A stretch of 64,000 nucleotides of DNA from Eledone cirrhosa. Taxonomy: Eukaryota. The stretch lies in assembly GCA_964016885.1 (NCBI GenBank), contig OZ024754.1, positions 1,364,001-1,428,000 of the forward strand, given 5' to 3'. Shown here piece after piece: positions 46,996 through 62,639 of the stretch. Under the pieces are notes generated by a model, which saw nothing but the letters and a program-made list of their open reading frames with translations, had not been told where the DNA came from and made no database searches. Within the stretch, counting starts at the first letter, position 1; the number at the start of each line of letters is the position of its first letter. The position numbers were made by a program, and so were the translations under genes.

Positions 46996-47215
46996 GTATA
47001 TATATATATATTGTATATATATATATATGTATATATATGTATATATATATATATATGTATATATATGTATATATGTATATATATATATATATGTATATAT
47101 ATGTATATATATATATATGTATATATATGTATATATATATATGTATATATATGTATATATGTATATATATATATATATGTATATATATGTATATATATAT
47201 ATATGTATATATATG

Positions 47216-47246
<31 letters not shown>

Positions 47247-47264
47247 GTATATATATTATATATG

Positions 47265-47297
<33 letters not shown>

Positions 47298-47631
47298 GTA
47301 TATATATGTATATATATATATGTATATATATGTATATATATATAGATGTATATATATGTATATATATATATATGTATATATATGTGTATATATATATATA
47401 TGTATATATATGTATATATATATATATATATGTATATATATGTATATATATATATATGTATATATATGTATATTATATATATATATGTATATATATGTAT
47501 ATATATGTATATATATGTATATATATATATATATGTATATATATGTATATATGTATATATATGTATATATGTATGTATATATATATATATATGTATATGT
47601 ATGTATATATATATATATATGTATATGTATG

Positions 47632-47666
<35 letters not shown>

Positions 47667-47921
47667 GTATATATATGTATATATATATATATGTATATAT
47701 ATGTATATATGTATATATATGTATATATATGTATATGTATATATATGTATATATATGTATATATATATATATGTATATATATGTATATATGTATATATAT
47801 GTATATATATATATGTATATATATGTATATATATGTATATATATATATGTATATATATGTATATATGTATATATATGTATATATGTATATATATGTATAT
47901 ATGTATATATATGTATATATG

Positions 47922-47956
<35 letters not shown>

Positions 47957-47957
47957 G

Positions 47958-48011
<54 letters not shown>

Positions 48012-48055
48012 GTATATATATATGTATATATATACATCCACACACATATATATAC
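45540..48055. repeat. About 2.5 kb (TATG)n/(TA)n array
   Basis: Directly visible; source of the 893-aa spurious ORF. Confidence 0.98.
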
Positions 48056-48367
48056 ATCCACAGGGAAACAAATAAACTAACAAAATACAATCCAACACAC
48101 CACTATCTTCACTACCACCACTACCACCACCACCACCACCACTCTACACATTTAGACATTTTACAATGATTTAGGTAGCAAAGATAATTGTTAAGTGTTA
48201 ATTCAGATTGTAATAATAGTTACATAAGAAGCTTTTAGTTGAAGTTTCCCTGATAAAATATCGTCTGCTTTGCATATATTAGAAAATGGAGGAAGCAGAC
48301 GACACTCTCAGAGAATAGAAAGCTGTCAAAACTTTGATAACACTACATACACATTGAAATATAAACT

Positions 48368-48411
<44 letters not shown>

Positions 48412-48544
48412 GTAGTAGTAGTCGTGGACGGGGTATAATTTTCGAATATAAATCACAAATTTCAAAGTTATTATGATTGTTCATCTCAACCAGGAAACGT
48501 CGTCTAAATGACATACCTGATATATATATATATATATATATAGT

Positions 48545-48760
48545 AAAAAATTGAACGGGAACAAAACAGAGAGGCAGTACGAACAAAGGTTTATTAGTTT
48601 CACGCTCTTGAGAGTGGGGTGATGGTGGGGAACGACGTTTCGGGAATAAGCCCTTCTTCAGGTGAAAAGTGTGTAGGAAGAGAGTTCCAAGGGTGTGTAG
48701 GGGAGTGGTGGAGAGACATATAGAAAAAAGGGGGTGAGAGGAAACGGTACAAATGAAATT
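48545..48760 (-). mobile_element. Penelope-like pLTR-type fragment (family H)
   Basis: Contains a hammerhead core; downstream AGCGTGAAACTAATA is shared with 36160, 57665 and 58947; (TA)n on both sides. Confidence 0.6.
48631..48664 (-). ncRNA. Minimal type I hammerhead motif
   Basis: CAC-CTGAAGA-A-GGG-CTTATT-CCC-GAAAC-GTC; core intact, stem I reduced to about 2 bp. Confidence 0.6.
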
Positions 48761-48777
48761 AAATATATATATATATA

Positions 48778-49078
48778 GGAACGAGTAGGACCCCGACGGC
48801 TGAGCTCAAGCCGTTTCGACGGCTAATTCTGGACTAAATGTTCCTATTACACACTCTACTACCCTAAGTATTGAGCACTTTGGTGCGTTATGGTCCATCT
48901 GGTTCCTTACCACATTTCCTTCGTTATATATATATATATAGGAACGAGTAGGACCCCGACGACTGAGCTCAAGCCGTTTCGACGTCTAATTCTGTCCAGA
49001 ATTACCCACTCTACTACCCTAAGTATTGAGTACTTTGGTGCGTTATGGTCCACCTGGTTCCTTACCACATTTCCTTCG

Positions 49079-49080
<2 letters not shown>
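48778..49080 (+). mobile_element. Two tandem family A copies (48778-48925, 48941-49080), each with the right arm deleted
   Basis: GGAACGAGTAGGACCCCGACG.CTGAGCTCAAGCCGTTTCGACG plus tail, twice, separated by a short (TA)n. Confidence 0.9.
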
Positions 49081-49131
<51 letters not shown>

Positions 49132-49349
49132 GCCAATCATTGTAAGTTTGAATCTGACATGCAAAAACATATATATATGAATAAGGTAAGCCCAAATAAT
49201 AGTAGATTCAAATATCACAGAGAGAATGAGAAAAGGAGAGAAAGAGAGAGGGGGGATGAGGTGGAACAGAAAGGAAACATGGATTACAGGTTAAAATATG
49301 ATCTACATAGATGAGAAACAAAACGAGGATATAGTTTATGGAACACCCA

Positions 49350-49816
49350 AATGATTTAGAAGTCGACCTTAAGTAGGAGCATTAGAAAAGGCATGAACGA
49401 CACTACAACACTTTGTTTTGAAAACTTTGAAAATAGGTTTATAAGTATCAATTTTCATAAGAATCTCGAAATTGTCTCTGTGGCCTAGCGGTAGATACTA
49501 GAGACAGTGAACATCTTGACCTTAGGTTCAATCCTGGTCAAGAAGTACATGTAACTTCTTTCAGTTTTTATTTTAAAACCAATAGAAAAAACTTGAAAGG
49601 TTTACCGGGAACCCCTACTCCCGACCAGGATCGAACTATAGACCAGGATCACCGCCGTCTATGATTCCTCCAACTAGGCCACCGAGACAGCTACAACAGT
49701 TTAATGAAAATTGATTATTATAAACCTACTTTAAAAATCAAAATTAAAAAAGGTCTGGTGTCGTTCATGGCTTTCCTAGATTTATTAGTAATATTTAAGG
49801 TCGACTTCTGGTCATT
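49350..49816 (-). mobile_element. Family B: inverted-repeat element with two convergent tRNA-like heads (copy 2)
   Basis: Reverse-complement homologue of 21938-22330; outer IRs AGAAGTCGACCTTAA..CATGAACGACAC / GTGTCGTTCATG..TTAAGGTCGACTTCT. Confidence 0.8.
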
Positions 49817-50005
49817 ATTGAAAGTCTCTGTATTTTGCAAAATACATAATATTTTTTATCGGAGAAGGTAAGATATTTTTCCACAAAAATTTGATTGCAC
49901 TGTTTGGTTATTTATTCATTATAAAAATTAAATGATAGCATTCTATATGTCGGTGGGCCCCTTCATCTCCTGGCAACCAATATTTTTAGACCCAGTCCGC
50001 CACTG

Positions 50006-50036
<31 letters not shown>

Positions 50037-50999
50037 ATATATGTATGTATGAAATATCAGACGGGGGTCAGTTATGTTTGTCATGTGGTTAGTTTCACCG
50101 CCGAGTTTAATCTCTTTACTCTATGCAGGCATCATTCACTCATAATTAGAAACACCATATGTACGTAGATAAGTATCGATCAATTGTTTTAGCATGTCAT
50201 CAATATTCTTTCAAAAAAGACAAAATGGCGTTCTTTTAACCTGAGTGAACATTACTTACAATATTGATTATATAGAAACATTGTGTCACAATTAGAAATT
50301 GACACAACTCTACAATTATCCTGTAGTATTCTATGGTAATTATATATTCTACTATATATATATGTATATATGTATATATATATATATATAGGAAAACAAC
50401 CAACACATACTCAAAATTTATACATATATATATACTGTATATATACTGTATATATATATACATACAATGACCAGACATGAATCTTCGTCATTGATAATTA
50501 GCAATTAATATTCTTCTTCTTCTTCTTCTTCTTCTTCTTCTTCTTCTTGGTGTTGTTGTTGATGATGTGGCCTCTGTTTATTACTTTGACGTAGATTCTA
50601 TGATTTTAATTACATGTATACAATACATACGAATAGAAACGTATAAAGACATACATACATGCATACACACACACATACATACATACATACACACACACAT
50701 ACATACATATACACATGGGGCTATTAATGTGCATGCTTGTAAGTAATGTACACATATTTATATGAATATACTTATGTATATAAATGTATATATATATATA
50801 TATATATATACATATGGATATCTATATAATTATGTATGTATGTATGCATGTATATATATATTCATATATATGTATGTATATATATACATATATATATACA
50901 TCTAGATATCTATATATCTATATATATATATATATACATATGTATACACATCTAGATATCTATATTCATGCATTTAATATATGAATATATATCTGTGTG

Positions 51000-51085
<86 letters not shown>

Positions 51086-51853
51086 CGTGTTGGTTCATAC
51101 TATTGTATGCATGTATGGAATGTGAGTGTTTGTGAATTGAATTTCAATTAAAACTGGTTTTAATTGCAAAGTGAAGTTAATTAAAAGTGCATGAAATTTA
51201 GTTCATTAGAAAGTAAAAAAAAATGGGATGAATATAAGATATATATATAGTCGATAGATTTAATAATAATAATAAGTAATAATAATAATAGTAATAATAA
51301 TAATAGTAATAATAATGATTATTATGTTGTTGTTGTTGTTATATTTGTTATAAGTATAATTATAAATGAAAAAATTAATTATCTAAATAAGTTTATGAAG
51401 TTATTTTGATAACGGAATATTTTAAAGGTAAGAAGTACAACAGCAACAACAACAACAACAACAACAACAGCAATATTTATCTGGATTATAATTTTGTTTA
51501 GAATCAATATAGTTTCGTAATTATATATTAACCCCCCTCCTTTTTCTCGTTATGCATATTATCATTTGTTATATAATTCTGAATATTTATATATATATAT
51601 ACATACATATATATACATATATACATATACACATAATGTTAATGGGTTTTAGCTCATTATATTGTGAATATATGTATGTATGTACATACGTACATACATA
51701 ATCATATATATATATATATATATACAGAGGGTAATGTTTGTGCGCTGACATTTTCCTTAACTTTCATGTATACACTTGTAAATAAATATATACACTTGTA
51801 ACTAAATATTTAGCACCTTTTAGCGTAGAGATACACCACATTCTTCAAACCTC

Positions 51854-51886
<33 letters not shown>

Positions 51887-51941
51887 ACACACACACACAC
51901 ACACATACACATACACACACACACACATACACACAAAGAGC

Positions 51942-51972
<31 letters not shown>

Positions 51973-52197
51973 AAGGCACAGCTGTATTGTTAGTGGTGTG
52001 GGATAGTTGTTCGTGCGTGTATATATATATGGTACATATATATATATGGTATATATATATGGTATATATATATATATATATACAGTATACATGCATTAAT
52101 TATGACTATTCATTTATATATATAGCAGGTAAAGTAGTCTCACACTCACTGCATTGCGAAAAATCATAATTTCTCGCTTATACAAATATACGTCCAA

Positions 52198-52236
<39 letters not shown>

Positions 52237-52336
52237 GACATACACATATATAGACATACACACACACGCACATACACACATATACATACATACACAAACA
52301 TATACACACACCCGCACATACACACACATACACATA

Positions 52337-52368
<32 letters not shown>

Positions 52369-52560
52369 TGCACACACACATACACACACACAACACACAC
52401 ATATATGCATATTTTACTAATTTCTTATTAATGTATGGAAACCCATCTTGGATGTTTCTCATTATTTATAAGGAAACACTTAATACATTGTCCGGGAACT
52501 GATTCCTTAACGACACAGGTATGGTTGTACACACACGAACATACACATACACGCACACAA

Positions 52561-52600
<40 letters not shown>

Positions 52601-52777
52601 AAACACACTGACACACACACACGCGCATATATATACGTACATACATACATGCATACATACATACATACATACACATATATTTGTATATATACACACAAAA
52701 AACCTATATATATATACATATATATGTATATATGTATATATACACACACACCCAGATATATAAATATATATATATAG

Positions 52778-52812
<35 letters not shown>

Positions 52813-52902
52813 AATATATATATACATACACACATACATATAAATAAATAAAGGCTCTTAAAAATATTTCCCTAAATTCTCCAATTTGCTTTCTTATTGT
52901 CC

Positions 52903-52945
52903 CTACACCTGATGATTTAGCAGTGCTAACGTCTTGAAACTGCTT
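52903..52945 (+). ncRNA. Degenerate hammerhead-like motif
   Basis: CTGATGA (52909) .. TTAGCA-G-TGCTAA .. GAAAC (52936); stems I and III are not evident. Confidence 0.25.
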
Positions 52946-53129
52946 TTACTGCTGAAATAAATCAAATTGTTACATTTTATACAATACCCTTAAAGTCTGC
53001 CGTATGTACGAATTGGTATTTTATTTCTTTTGTACTCACACCTGTGTATATACTTTCGTCTTTCTCCATAGTATTTCGTCACTCTCCCAAGTACACCCTC
53101 ATATCATTCTCCCCTCTCACTCTTCTCCC

Positions 53130-53168
53130 TCTCCTTCTGATGATGGTCTGAAGTTCGAAACGCTGAGA
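53130..53168 (+). ncRNA. Degenerate hammerhead motif in a pLTR-like fragment
   Basis: CTGATGA-TGGTCTGAAGTTC-GAAAC-GCT-GAGA; same spacing as 58892-58927, but stem II and the cleavage U are decayed. Confidence 0.4.
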
Positions 53169-53335
53169 AAATTTTCGTGCTATATCCATCTCTAAATTAT
53201 ATTCCATTTTTCTCTCGTTTTTGTTTTTGCCTTGTCGAAAAGCTCAGGAATATATTTAATGAGTTTTTCTCTCTTTATTCAGACAGAATAAATATTTTTA
53301 TATTTGTTACATTAAATGAATTTTAATTTTGTCAA

Positions 53336-53378
53336 GTATCACCGGTTTCGTTTGATATGTCAAGCTTTTATCAAATAT
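53336..53378 (-). ncRNA. Possible degenerate hammerhead motif
   Basis: Minus strand TTGATAA-AAGCTTGA-CATA-TCAAAC-GAAACCGGT; palindromic ACCGGT stem III, two core substitutions. Confidence 0.25.
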
Positions 53379-53436
53379 TTTTAAAAGTTTGTTCTCATAT
53401 CCTGTGGGCAAGTAAATTTTCTCTAAAATATCGTTA

Positions 53437-55020
<1,584 letters not shown>

Positions 55021-55021
<1 letters not shown>

Positions 55022-55134
55022 ATTTATTAAAATAACAGATTAAATATTTGCTCTACGGTTATTATATTTTTGATATATATTTATCCTTATCGAGCCCTCT
55101 TTGGATTTTAGTCTTCAAATTCATTATTATTACT
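55021..55134 (+). repeat. Small TA-embedded dispersed repeat (family I), second copy at 60672-60752 (-)
   Basis: TTATTAAAATAACAGATTAAA ... CTTTGGATTTTAGTCTTCAAATT.ATTATTATTACT are shared; the interiors differ. Confidence 0.7.
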
Positions 55135-55177
55135 ATATATATGTATAATATATATATATAATATATTTATATATTAA

Positions 55178-55264
<87 letters not shown>

Positions 55265-56132
55265 AGTCGGAGTGGGGTTCAACAGTTAGGATTCGTGGGT
55301 GGGTGTCTGCTTGCCTCCTAAAAGCAATATATACAATATATTGTATATATACAATATATTGTATATATAGAGTATATACAATATATACAGTATATACAGT
55401 ATATACAATATATACAATATATACGATATAACCCTCCACTGTAGCTGTTTTACAAATGATATTTCCTCCGTAATTTACTTACAAAGCTTTTGTTGTGTTA
55501 GTATACGGACTTCATTTTAAAAGGAACTTTCTTTCCTTTCTTTCGTCTTTTAATCAACTTTCTTTCATCCATTTCCTCCGTTTTCCTTTTTCCTGTTCGC
55601 AAAAGGAATTGAAAGATTTCTCAATTTCAACAACAACAACAGCAACAACAATTAAAACACCCTGACAAAAATCGTTTTGGGTGGGATGAAATAAATTATT
55701 TTAGTCTTCCATTTCAGTGTCGATGTTATTGCTGTACTTTCTACATTTTGTCACTACTGTTGTTATGGTCTCCCGTTTTTAATGGTTGTCCACAGGAAAA
55801 CTGTCATGGCTGTCCTTCTCAGATGATTTAATCGACTTCTGTTTTAAACTTAAAACAAATAAATACATGTATATATGTAAACATGGCTAAAGTTTCACAA
55901 TGTGAGATTGTGGAAGTTTCATACAAATCCTGTATGTTGAAGTTATTTAACATATACCCTACACCTGTTTATGTGTGATGTGTCCTTCCACTTGTTAAGT
56001 ACACCGCACCACACAACGAGCGAACAAAAGAACCTATATTTGGTCGCATGGAAGGACAGAAATAGTAACCAAATCTCACTCCAATCTACCATCTTAAAGG
56101 TAAGACATATTTGAATATATAGTATTTCTAGT

Positions 56133-56251
56133 AATAATTGTTTCTACTGTTGGCACAAGGCCAGCAATTACCCCAGTGCATTACTGGTACTTTATTTTAT
56201 TGATCCCGTAAGGATGAAAGGCAAAGCTAACCTCGGCAGGATTTGAACTCA
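56133..56251 (-). mobile_element. SINE family C, 5'-truncated
   Basis: Tail, core and B box. Confidence 0.92.
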
Positions 56252-56439
56252 TACATAGTAAAATAATAGAAGTTTTCAGTTGAACCTGAAATACACAAAT
56301 ATCACTCATCTGGGGTAAATTTTGGAATTTATCCGTCGAGATCGAAAAAAAGAAAAGAAAAATGAACGTACCAGACTAATACTGGGGTCAATTTCTTCTC
56401 TCTATATTTCTCAATTCCTTTGTTTCACTCTTACTTTTA

Positions 56440-56770
56440 TTTAGAAGGAATAGGATGTGTTAAGACATAGAGAGGGAACGGGTCTCGCCAGGTTTAAAGT
56501 GTACTCAATACGCCGTATATCATGACGGCACCCCTAAGTCTTTCTCAGGAGTTACCAGTCCATATATACACGGTCTTGGGTGGTGTCGGGTAATATCCTC
56601 TGCGGAAATGGAGTGGTGTGGAGATACAAAGTATCACAGTAGTCTGTCGACGAAGGAAAATATTGAAATTTAATCTACCAGTAAATGGCGTTCAATACTC
56701 TTGCTTGTGTTTACATAGATGTCCCTCCGCCTGGGAGGTTGCACCATCTAATAGTTGTGATATTGGTTTC
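56440..56770 (-). pseudogene. Possible heavily decayed Penelope-like GIY-YIG endonuclease C-terminus
   Basis: Frameshifted fragments TNI..I.WC, IYV, HFR and a terminal CLNTSYSF* (GLN-like end) occur in the expected order; weak. Confidence 0.3.
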
Positions 56771-57005
56771 GTCTCCTCCACCTGTGTTTGAAACCTCATG
56801 TGAGAACATTCTTTAATGGACACTGTAAAGTATGCTTACACTGGCGTCTCCTATATATACACACAGAAGACAAGTATATAGACACATTCAACTACATGGA
56901 AATACATACACATACTCACATATACGTGTGCACTTCTCTGCGCACATGTATATACATATATGGGTGTGCGTATAGGTGTGTATGAGAGTATATATACACC
57001 CCCCC

Positions 57006-57037
<32 letters not shown>

Positions 57038-57058
57038 CACATACATATATGTATGAGA

Positions 57059-57092
<34 letters not shown>

Positions 57093-57619
57093 TCTCATAT
57101 ATATATGTATATATATCTACATATATACATATATATGTATATATATATACATATATACATATATATATGTATATATATATACATATATACATATATATAT
57201 ATACATATATATATACATATATATATGTATATACACACGTATATGTACGAGAGTATATATATATATATAGAGAGAGAGATAGAGAGATATATAGAGAGTG
57301 TGTGTGTGTGTGTGTAGAACTGAATTTCGTTTGAACACTGTGATATGCGACAAAAATATTTAAAAAAATGTATGTTTTTTTAAAAAATTCTTTTACTGTG
57401 GAACAACTTTTTAGACACAAACCGTGATTTCATGGTTTCGTCACCTGCATTATTTTAAATTTTAAATTATTGAATTATTAAAACAATTTTAAGATCACCT
57501 TAGAATTAATACACACACACACGCACACGCACACGCACACGCACACGCACACGCACACACACACACACACACATATATGTATATATAAATATATATGCGT
57601 GCATGTGTGTGTATATGTG

Positions 57620-57690
57620 TGAAAGACGCCTTTGAAACGTGAAGTTTTGTAAACTCTCCCTTCAAGCGTAAGACTAATACACTATTACCA
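57620..57690 (+). mobile_element. Family H fragment with only the GAAACGT half of the hammerhead
   Basis: GAAACGTGAAG...CTCTCCCTTCAAGCGTAAGACTAATA parallels 48595-48640 (-). Confidence 0.45.
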
Positions 57691-58066
57691 TAATGTCTTC
57701 AGTTTCTGATCTTCTTCTTTCAATGTCTTCTTCCTTAAATTACTGAAGCTCACCGAGGAGTTGACGAAGGGGTGCAGTGAGAGGAGGGGTGTTGTGCTAG
57801 AAAACACCAGTCAAACCTAAGCAAGCATGGACAAATCGTAGTGATGATGTTTATATATATATATATATATATGAATAATGTATGTATATATGTACATATA
57901 TATAAATGTGTGTGTATATATATATATACATTATGCATATATAAATGTATAATATATATATACATACACATTATACATAAATGTAAAATATATATATATA
58001 TATATACACACATTATACATATATAAATGTATTATATATATATGTATGTATATACATACACACACA

Positions 58067-58112
<46 letters not shown>

Positions 58113-58114
<2 letters not shown>

Positions 58115-58372
58115 ATTCGATCGACTGAACAACTTCCTTGTGAAATTTAAGTTCAAGTGGCTGAACTTACCACAGATACATGTCCCATTAAAACAGCTTT
58201 TGTGGAGATTCTGTGTGACATCGTGCGAGACATGGCTCGTTGTATTACATATACAACACATTTCCCCCTTGTGAGTGGACAGGAGCAACGTGAAATAGTC
58301 TTGTTCATTGCCACAACGAATCGAACTCAATCCTTTACGGCCATAAGATGAACATACTAACTACTAAGCTAG
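58113..58372 (-). mobile_element. SINE family D, degenerate near full-length
   Basis: AAGTGGCTGAAC..CCACAGATACATGT and GAGTGGACAGGAGCAACGTGAAATA are shared with 13857, 18255, 27120, 62320-62470 and 63380-63635. Confidence 0.65.
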
Positions 58373-58524
58373 ACGCCTTATACACATAATTGTAGGATCT
58401 AAAATTATTTAACAGTGAGCCTTTGGTTAAATTTTTTGCTTATTTGATAAGTGCAGTGCAGAGTCTATGTTAAATACTTTAATTACACAGGTAATTTATG
58501 AATGTATCTCTTTATGAATGTATC

Positions 58525-58607
<83 letters not shown>

Positions 58608-58729
58608 GCTCTCTCTCTCTATATATATATCGAATGTAGAACATTTATAAATAAATAAATGTTTTGATATTACACTGAAAGAATCTCTTCAGCATTTTCT
58701 ACTGAAAAATCTTTTCCTTTCTACTATGT

Positions 58730-58776
<47 letters not shown>

Positions 58777-58891
58777 GTGTGTGTATATATATATAGGTGT
58801 CAAAATGAATGGACCTGTTATTTTTATCTGAAGACATTTTTTCAAATTCCACCTCGCCCGCCCCCTTCAATCTATCTTATTTCTCATGTTT

Positions 58892-58927
58892 TCTTCTGAT
58901 GAAGGACTAGCGTCCGAAACGTTAAGA
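58892..58927 (+). ncRNA. Minimal type I hammerhead ribozyme motif (best preserved)
   Basis: TCTT-CTGATGA-A-GGAC-TAGC-GTCC-GAAAC-GTT-AAGA: 4-bp stem I, 4-bp stem II, palindromic AACGTT minimal stem III, within a family H fragment (~58840-59020). Confidence 0.72.
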
Positions 58928-59218
58928 CCCTCTTCCTGCTATTTGAAGTGTTAACCTAATATATTTCTTCCATATACTGTACCGATTGTGTTGTTATTTC
59001 TGTTTACCTTTTACACACGACATATATATATACACCGGTGTAAGTGTACATATGTATAAAAGTCAACATTTGTAGGTATTCCCCACCCACCAACTATATC
59101 AGTGTCTCCTGTGTCACGTCAACAACGTCTCAACTTTTAGTGTTCTTCATAAAATATATATTCCTTTTTATATATCTATATTATTATATTACACACACAA
59201 ACATACACACACAGATGC

Positions 59219-59303
<85 letters not shown>

Positions 59304-59436
59304 TCTATAAAACAAGAAAACTCAACACTATTCTGAAGAAATACACACACACACACACAGACACACACACACACACACACACAAACACAGACACACACAA
59401 ACACAGACACACACACACACACACACACAAACACAG

Positions 59437-59467
<31 letters not shown>

Positions 59468-59597
59468 TATATATATATATTGAATAAATATACAAAACCA
59501 ATAAAAAGAGCAAAACAAAAACCCCAGTAAAAATCTTTTAAAAAGAGACGAAACATAAATACGAAGAGTTTCGTTTGTTTTGACAGTTTGATATTTT

Positions 59598-59949
59598 TGT
59601 GTGTGTATGTATATATGTGGATATGTGTGTATGTCTGTGTGTATTTATGTTTGTATGTATGTGGACATGTGTGTTTATGTGTGTGTATGTATGAGTGTAT
59701 GTATGTATGTATGTATGTATGTATGTATGTATGTATGTATGTATGTATGTATGTATGTATGTATGTATGTTTATGTGCGTGTATGTGTTTGTTTATGTAT
59801 GTGGATATGTGTGTATGTCTATGTATGTATGTATGTATGTATGTATGTATGTATGTATGTATGTATGTATGTATGTATATATATATGTTTATGTGCATGT
59901 ATGTGTTTATTTATGTATGTATGTGGATATGTGTGTATGTCTGTGTATG

Positions 59950-59991
<42 letters not shown>

Positions 59992-60047
59992 TATGTGTAT
60001 GTATATGTTTATTTATGTATGTATGTGGATATGTGTGTATGTCTGTG

Positions 60048-60096
<49 letters not shown>

Positions 60097-60118
60097 GTTT
60101 ATGTGTGTGTCTGTGTGT
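59598..60118. repeat. (TATG)n/(TG)n compound array with repeated GTGGATATGTGTGTATGTCT
   Basis: Directly visible. Confidence 0.92.
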
Positions 60119-60403
60119 GACCATCAGCTAAGCCATATTCTGGTTATCTGTCTACCCTCACTGGTTTCAAACCCAGCTGTGACGGGATGTTACTTAAGTC
60201 CCCGGGGGAGGGATCTTTAAATATATACAAAACGTAAACAAAAAACAAACAAATAAAAAAAACCAATAGTTTATAAAAAATAATAAATATCTTAGCAAAT
60301 CGAAAGAATTCGTTGGAAATGGTAAATATGATATTGTTCATGTAGAGACAACACAAATGCTGCCCAAATATAAATTAATACATAGACAATGACTCACATA
60401 CAT

Positions 60404-60503
<100 letters not shown>

Positions 60504-60505
60504 TA

Positions 60506-60588
<83 letters not shown>

Positions 60589-60630
60589 GTGTGGCTAATA
60601 AAGAAACATATCTATCTGTATAGATATTTA

Positions 60631-60675
<45 letters not shown>

Positions 60676-60752
60676 ATAATAATAAATTTGAAGACTAAAA
60701 TCCAAAGCACCGATTCTTTGCTTAAACTTTAATCTGTTATTTTAATAAATAA

Positions 60753-60816
<64 letters not shown>

Positions 60817-60819
<3 letters not shown>

Positions 60820-60997
60820 GAAGTAAGTGTGGTAAGGAACCAGGTGGACCATAACGCACCAGAGTACTCGATACAATGGGTAGTAGAGTGGGTAATATAA
60901 AAAGAGTCAGGACCCCGACGGCTGGGCTCAGGCCGTTTCGTCGACAGCTATTTCTGGACGGAAATAGCTGTCGAAACGGCCGGAGCTCAGCCGTCGG

Positions 60998-61001
<4 letters not shown>
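60817..61001 (-). mobile_element. Fold-back element family A (tail plus hairpin, reverse orientation)
   Basis: Reverse-complement tail, then GACCCCGACGGCTGGGCTCAGGCCGTTTCG..CGAAACGGCCGGAGCTCAGCCGTCGGGGTC. Confidence 0.9.
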
Positions 61002-61093
<92 letters not shown>

Positions 61094-61097
61094 CATA

Positions 61098-61216
61098 TAC
61101 AGGGTGTCCCCCCAAAATGTATACACACGTCAACAACATTTCAATAAATATTGCCTCTACAGGTAATCAAAGTGTCAATACATTTTTTTTTGGGGGGGGG
61201 GGGAGACAACCTGTAT
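61098..61216. mobile_element. Tc1/mariner-type MITE (family G), copy 2
   Basis: TA-CAGGGTGTCCC ... GAGACAACCTG-TA. Confidence 0.8.
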
Positions 61217-61236
61217 ATCTTTACATATTTAATAGT

Positions 61237-61380
61237 TCCAAGTTGAAATTCCGCAGAGGTTAGCTTTGCCTTTCATCCTTACGTGGTCGATAAAATAAAG
61301 TACCAGTGATGCACTGGGGATTTAATCGACTTTCCCCTCTCGCCAAAATTATTGGCTTTGTGCCTAAATCAGAAAACATT
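61237..61380 (+). mobile_element. SINE family C, long variant, 5'-truncated
   Basis: Core plus GATTTAATCGACTTTCCCCTC. Confidence 0.88.
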
Positions 61381-61990
61381 TTTTCTAGCCGTGTCTTCTT
61401 TTTCTATAGTGTGGCCCTCTTTACCTCGTGATGATATTCGGAGAAAGAGTGGTGTTGACATTCAGACACTAAGTTTTGTTCTCAGTCAGTCAGGTTCGCC
61501 TGTCAACAAGCCCTCAGTGCTCTGGAATTGTTTTGTCTGTAAATCTGCAGAAAACACCCCTAGTTGTAATATTTTCTAGCTCTTTTCCTCCTCTCATTTC
61601 GTTTATAATCACATTTTTATTTCAATGTTCCTTTCTTTGTCCTTTTATCGATTGTCAACCGTTCTACTTTCTCTTCGTCCCCAGGAAAATAGTTTTGCGA
61701 CCTCTGACATATTTAATGCATAAAGCTTGTGTTGTTGACATAAATTACATTAATCGCTAGACTTTTGTTACACACATACACAAACACACACAGGCAGCCA
61801 GACAGACACACCAATACACAGACCACCCCTCCGATACTCACACACACACACAAACACACACACACAGATTGTTGACCTACTTTAAGTGTTGACCTCTTCT
61901 ATAATTGATTTCCAATGAGCTCTGTAGAAATTGAGATTCGATAGAAGAGTTAAAAGGCTTTTGGTGTGATATTTAATTAAGGTTCATTAC

Positions 61991-62123
61991 TGTTGTTGTT
62001 GTTATTGCTGTTGTTACTGTTGTTGTTACTGTTGTTGTTACTGTTGTTGTTACTGCTGTTGTTGTTATTGCTGCTGTTATTGCTGCTGTTGTTACTGTTG
62101 TTGTTGCTGTTGTTATTGTTGTT
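61991..62123. repeat. (TTG/CTG/TTA)n trinucleotide tract
   Basis: Directly visible. Confidence 0.92.
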
Positions 62124-62309
62124 TTCGTTCAGTCCACATCAAGCAGACATACCGTCGTCAAAAGTGTTCAAGTTATGACAATGCCATCATTTTTGTTTTC
62201 ATGCTTAATGTATCTAGGACTACATTATTCAATGTGACCTTTTTTTGTGCTTTGACAGGTTTGGAGAGAAATTTGTCATTTATTTCAAGCTGAAAACTAA
62301 AAAAAGAAT

Positions 62310-62480
62310 TTTATTTGTAATTGAAAGGGCCAGCCTTGTCACACACAGTGTCACACTGAAGTTCGCCGAGAATATCAGGAAGGGTACACGTGACTCAGCC
62401 ACTTACACCTTAATTTTAGGAGCAAGCTGTGCTTTGTTGATCGAAAAAAAATGGAGCATTCATCGTCGGGCCTGACGGAT
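62310..62480 (+). mobile_element. SINE family D, 3' portion
   Basis: AAAGGGCCAGCCTTGTCACAC...GGGTACACGTG..CTCAGCCACTT aligns with the reverse complement of 58113-58230 and 63380-63560. Confidence 0.65.
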
Positions 62481-62639
62481 ATCCAACGCTATCATACCAG
62501 ATGATTGCTTGAAACCAACATTGCATAGAAGAGTATAAACCCTCAACTATATCGATATAACATATATAATATTTCTAAAGATATCACAGTGCCCCACAAC
62601 AATTCTCGTAAATAAAAAGAAATAAAAGGTTTAACCAAA

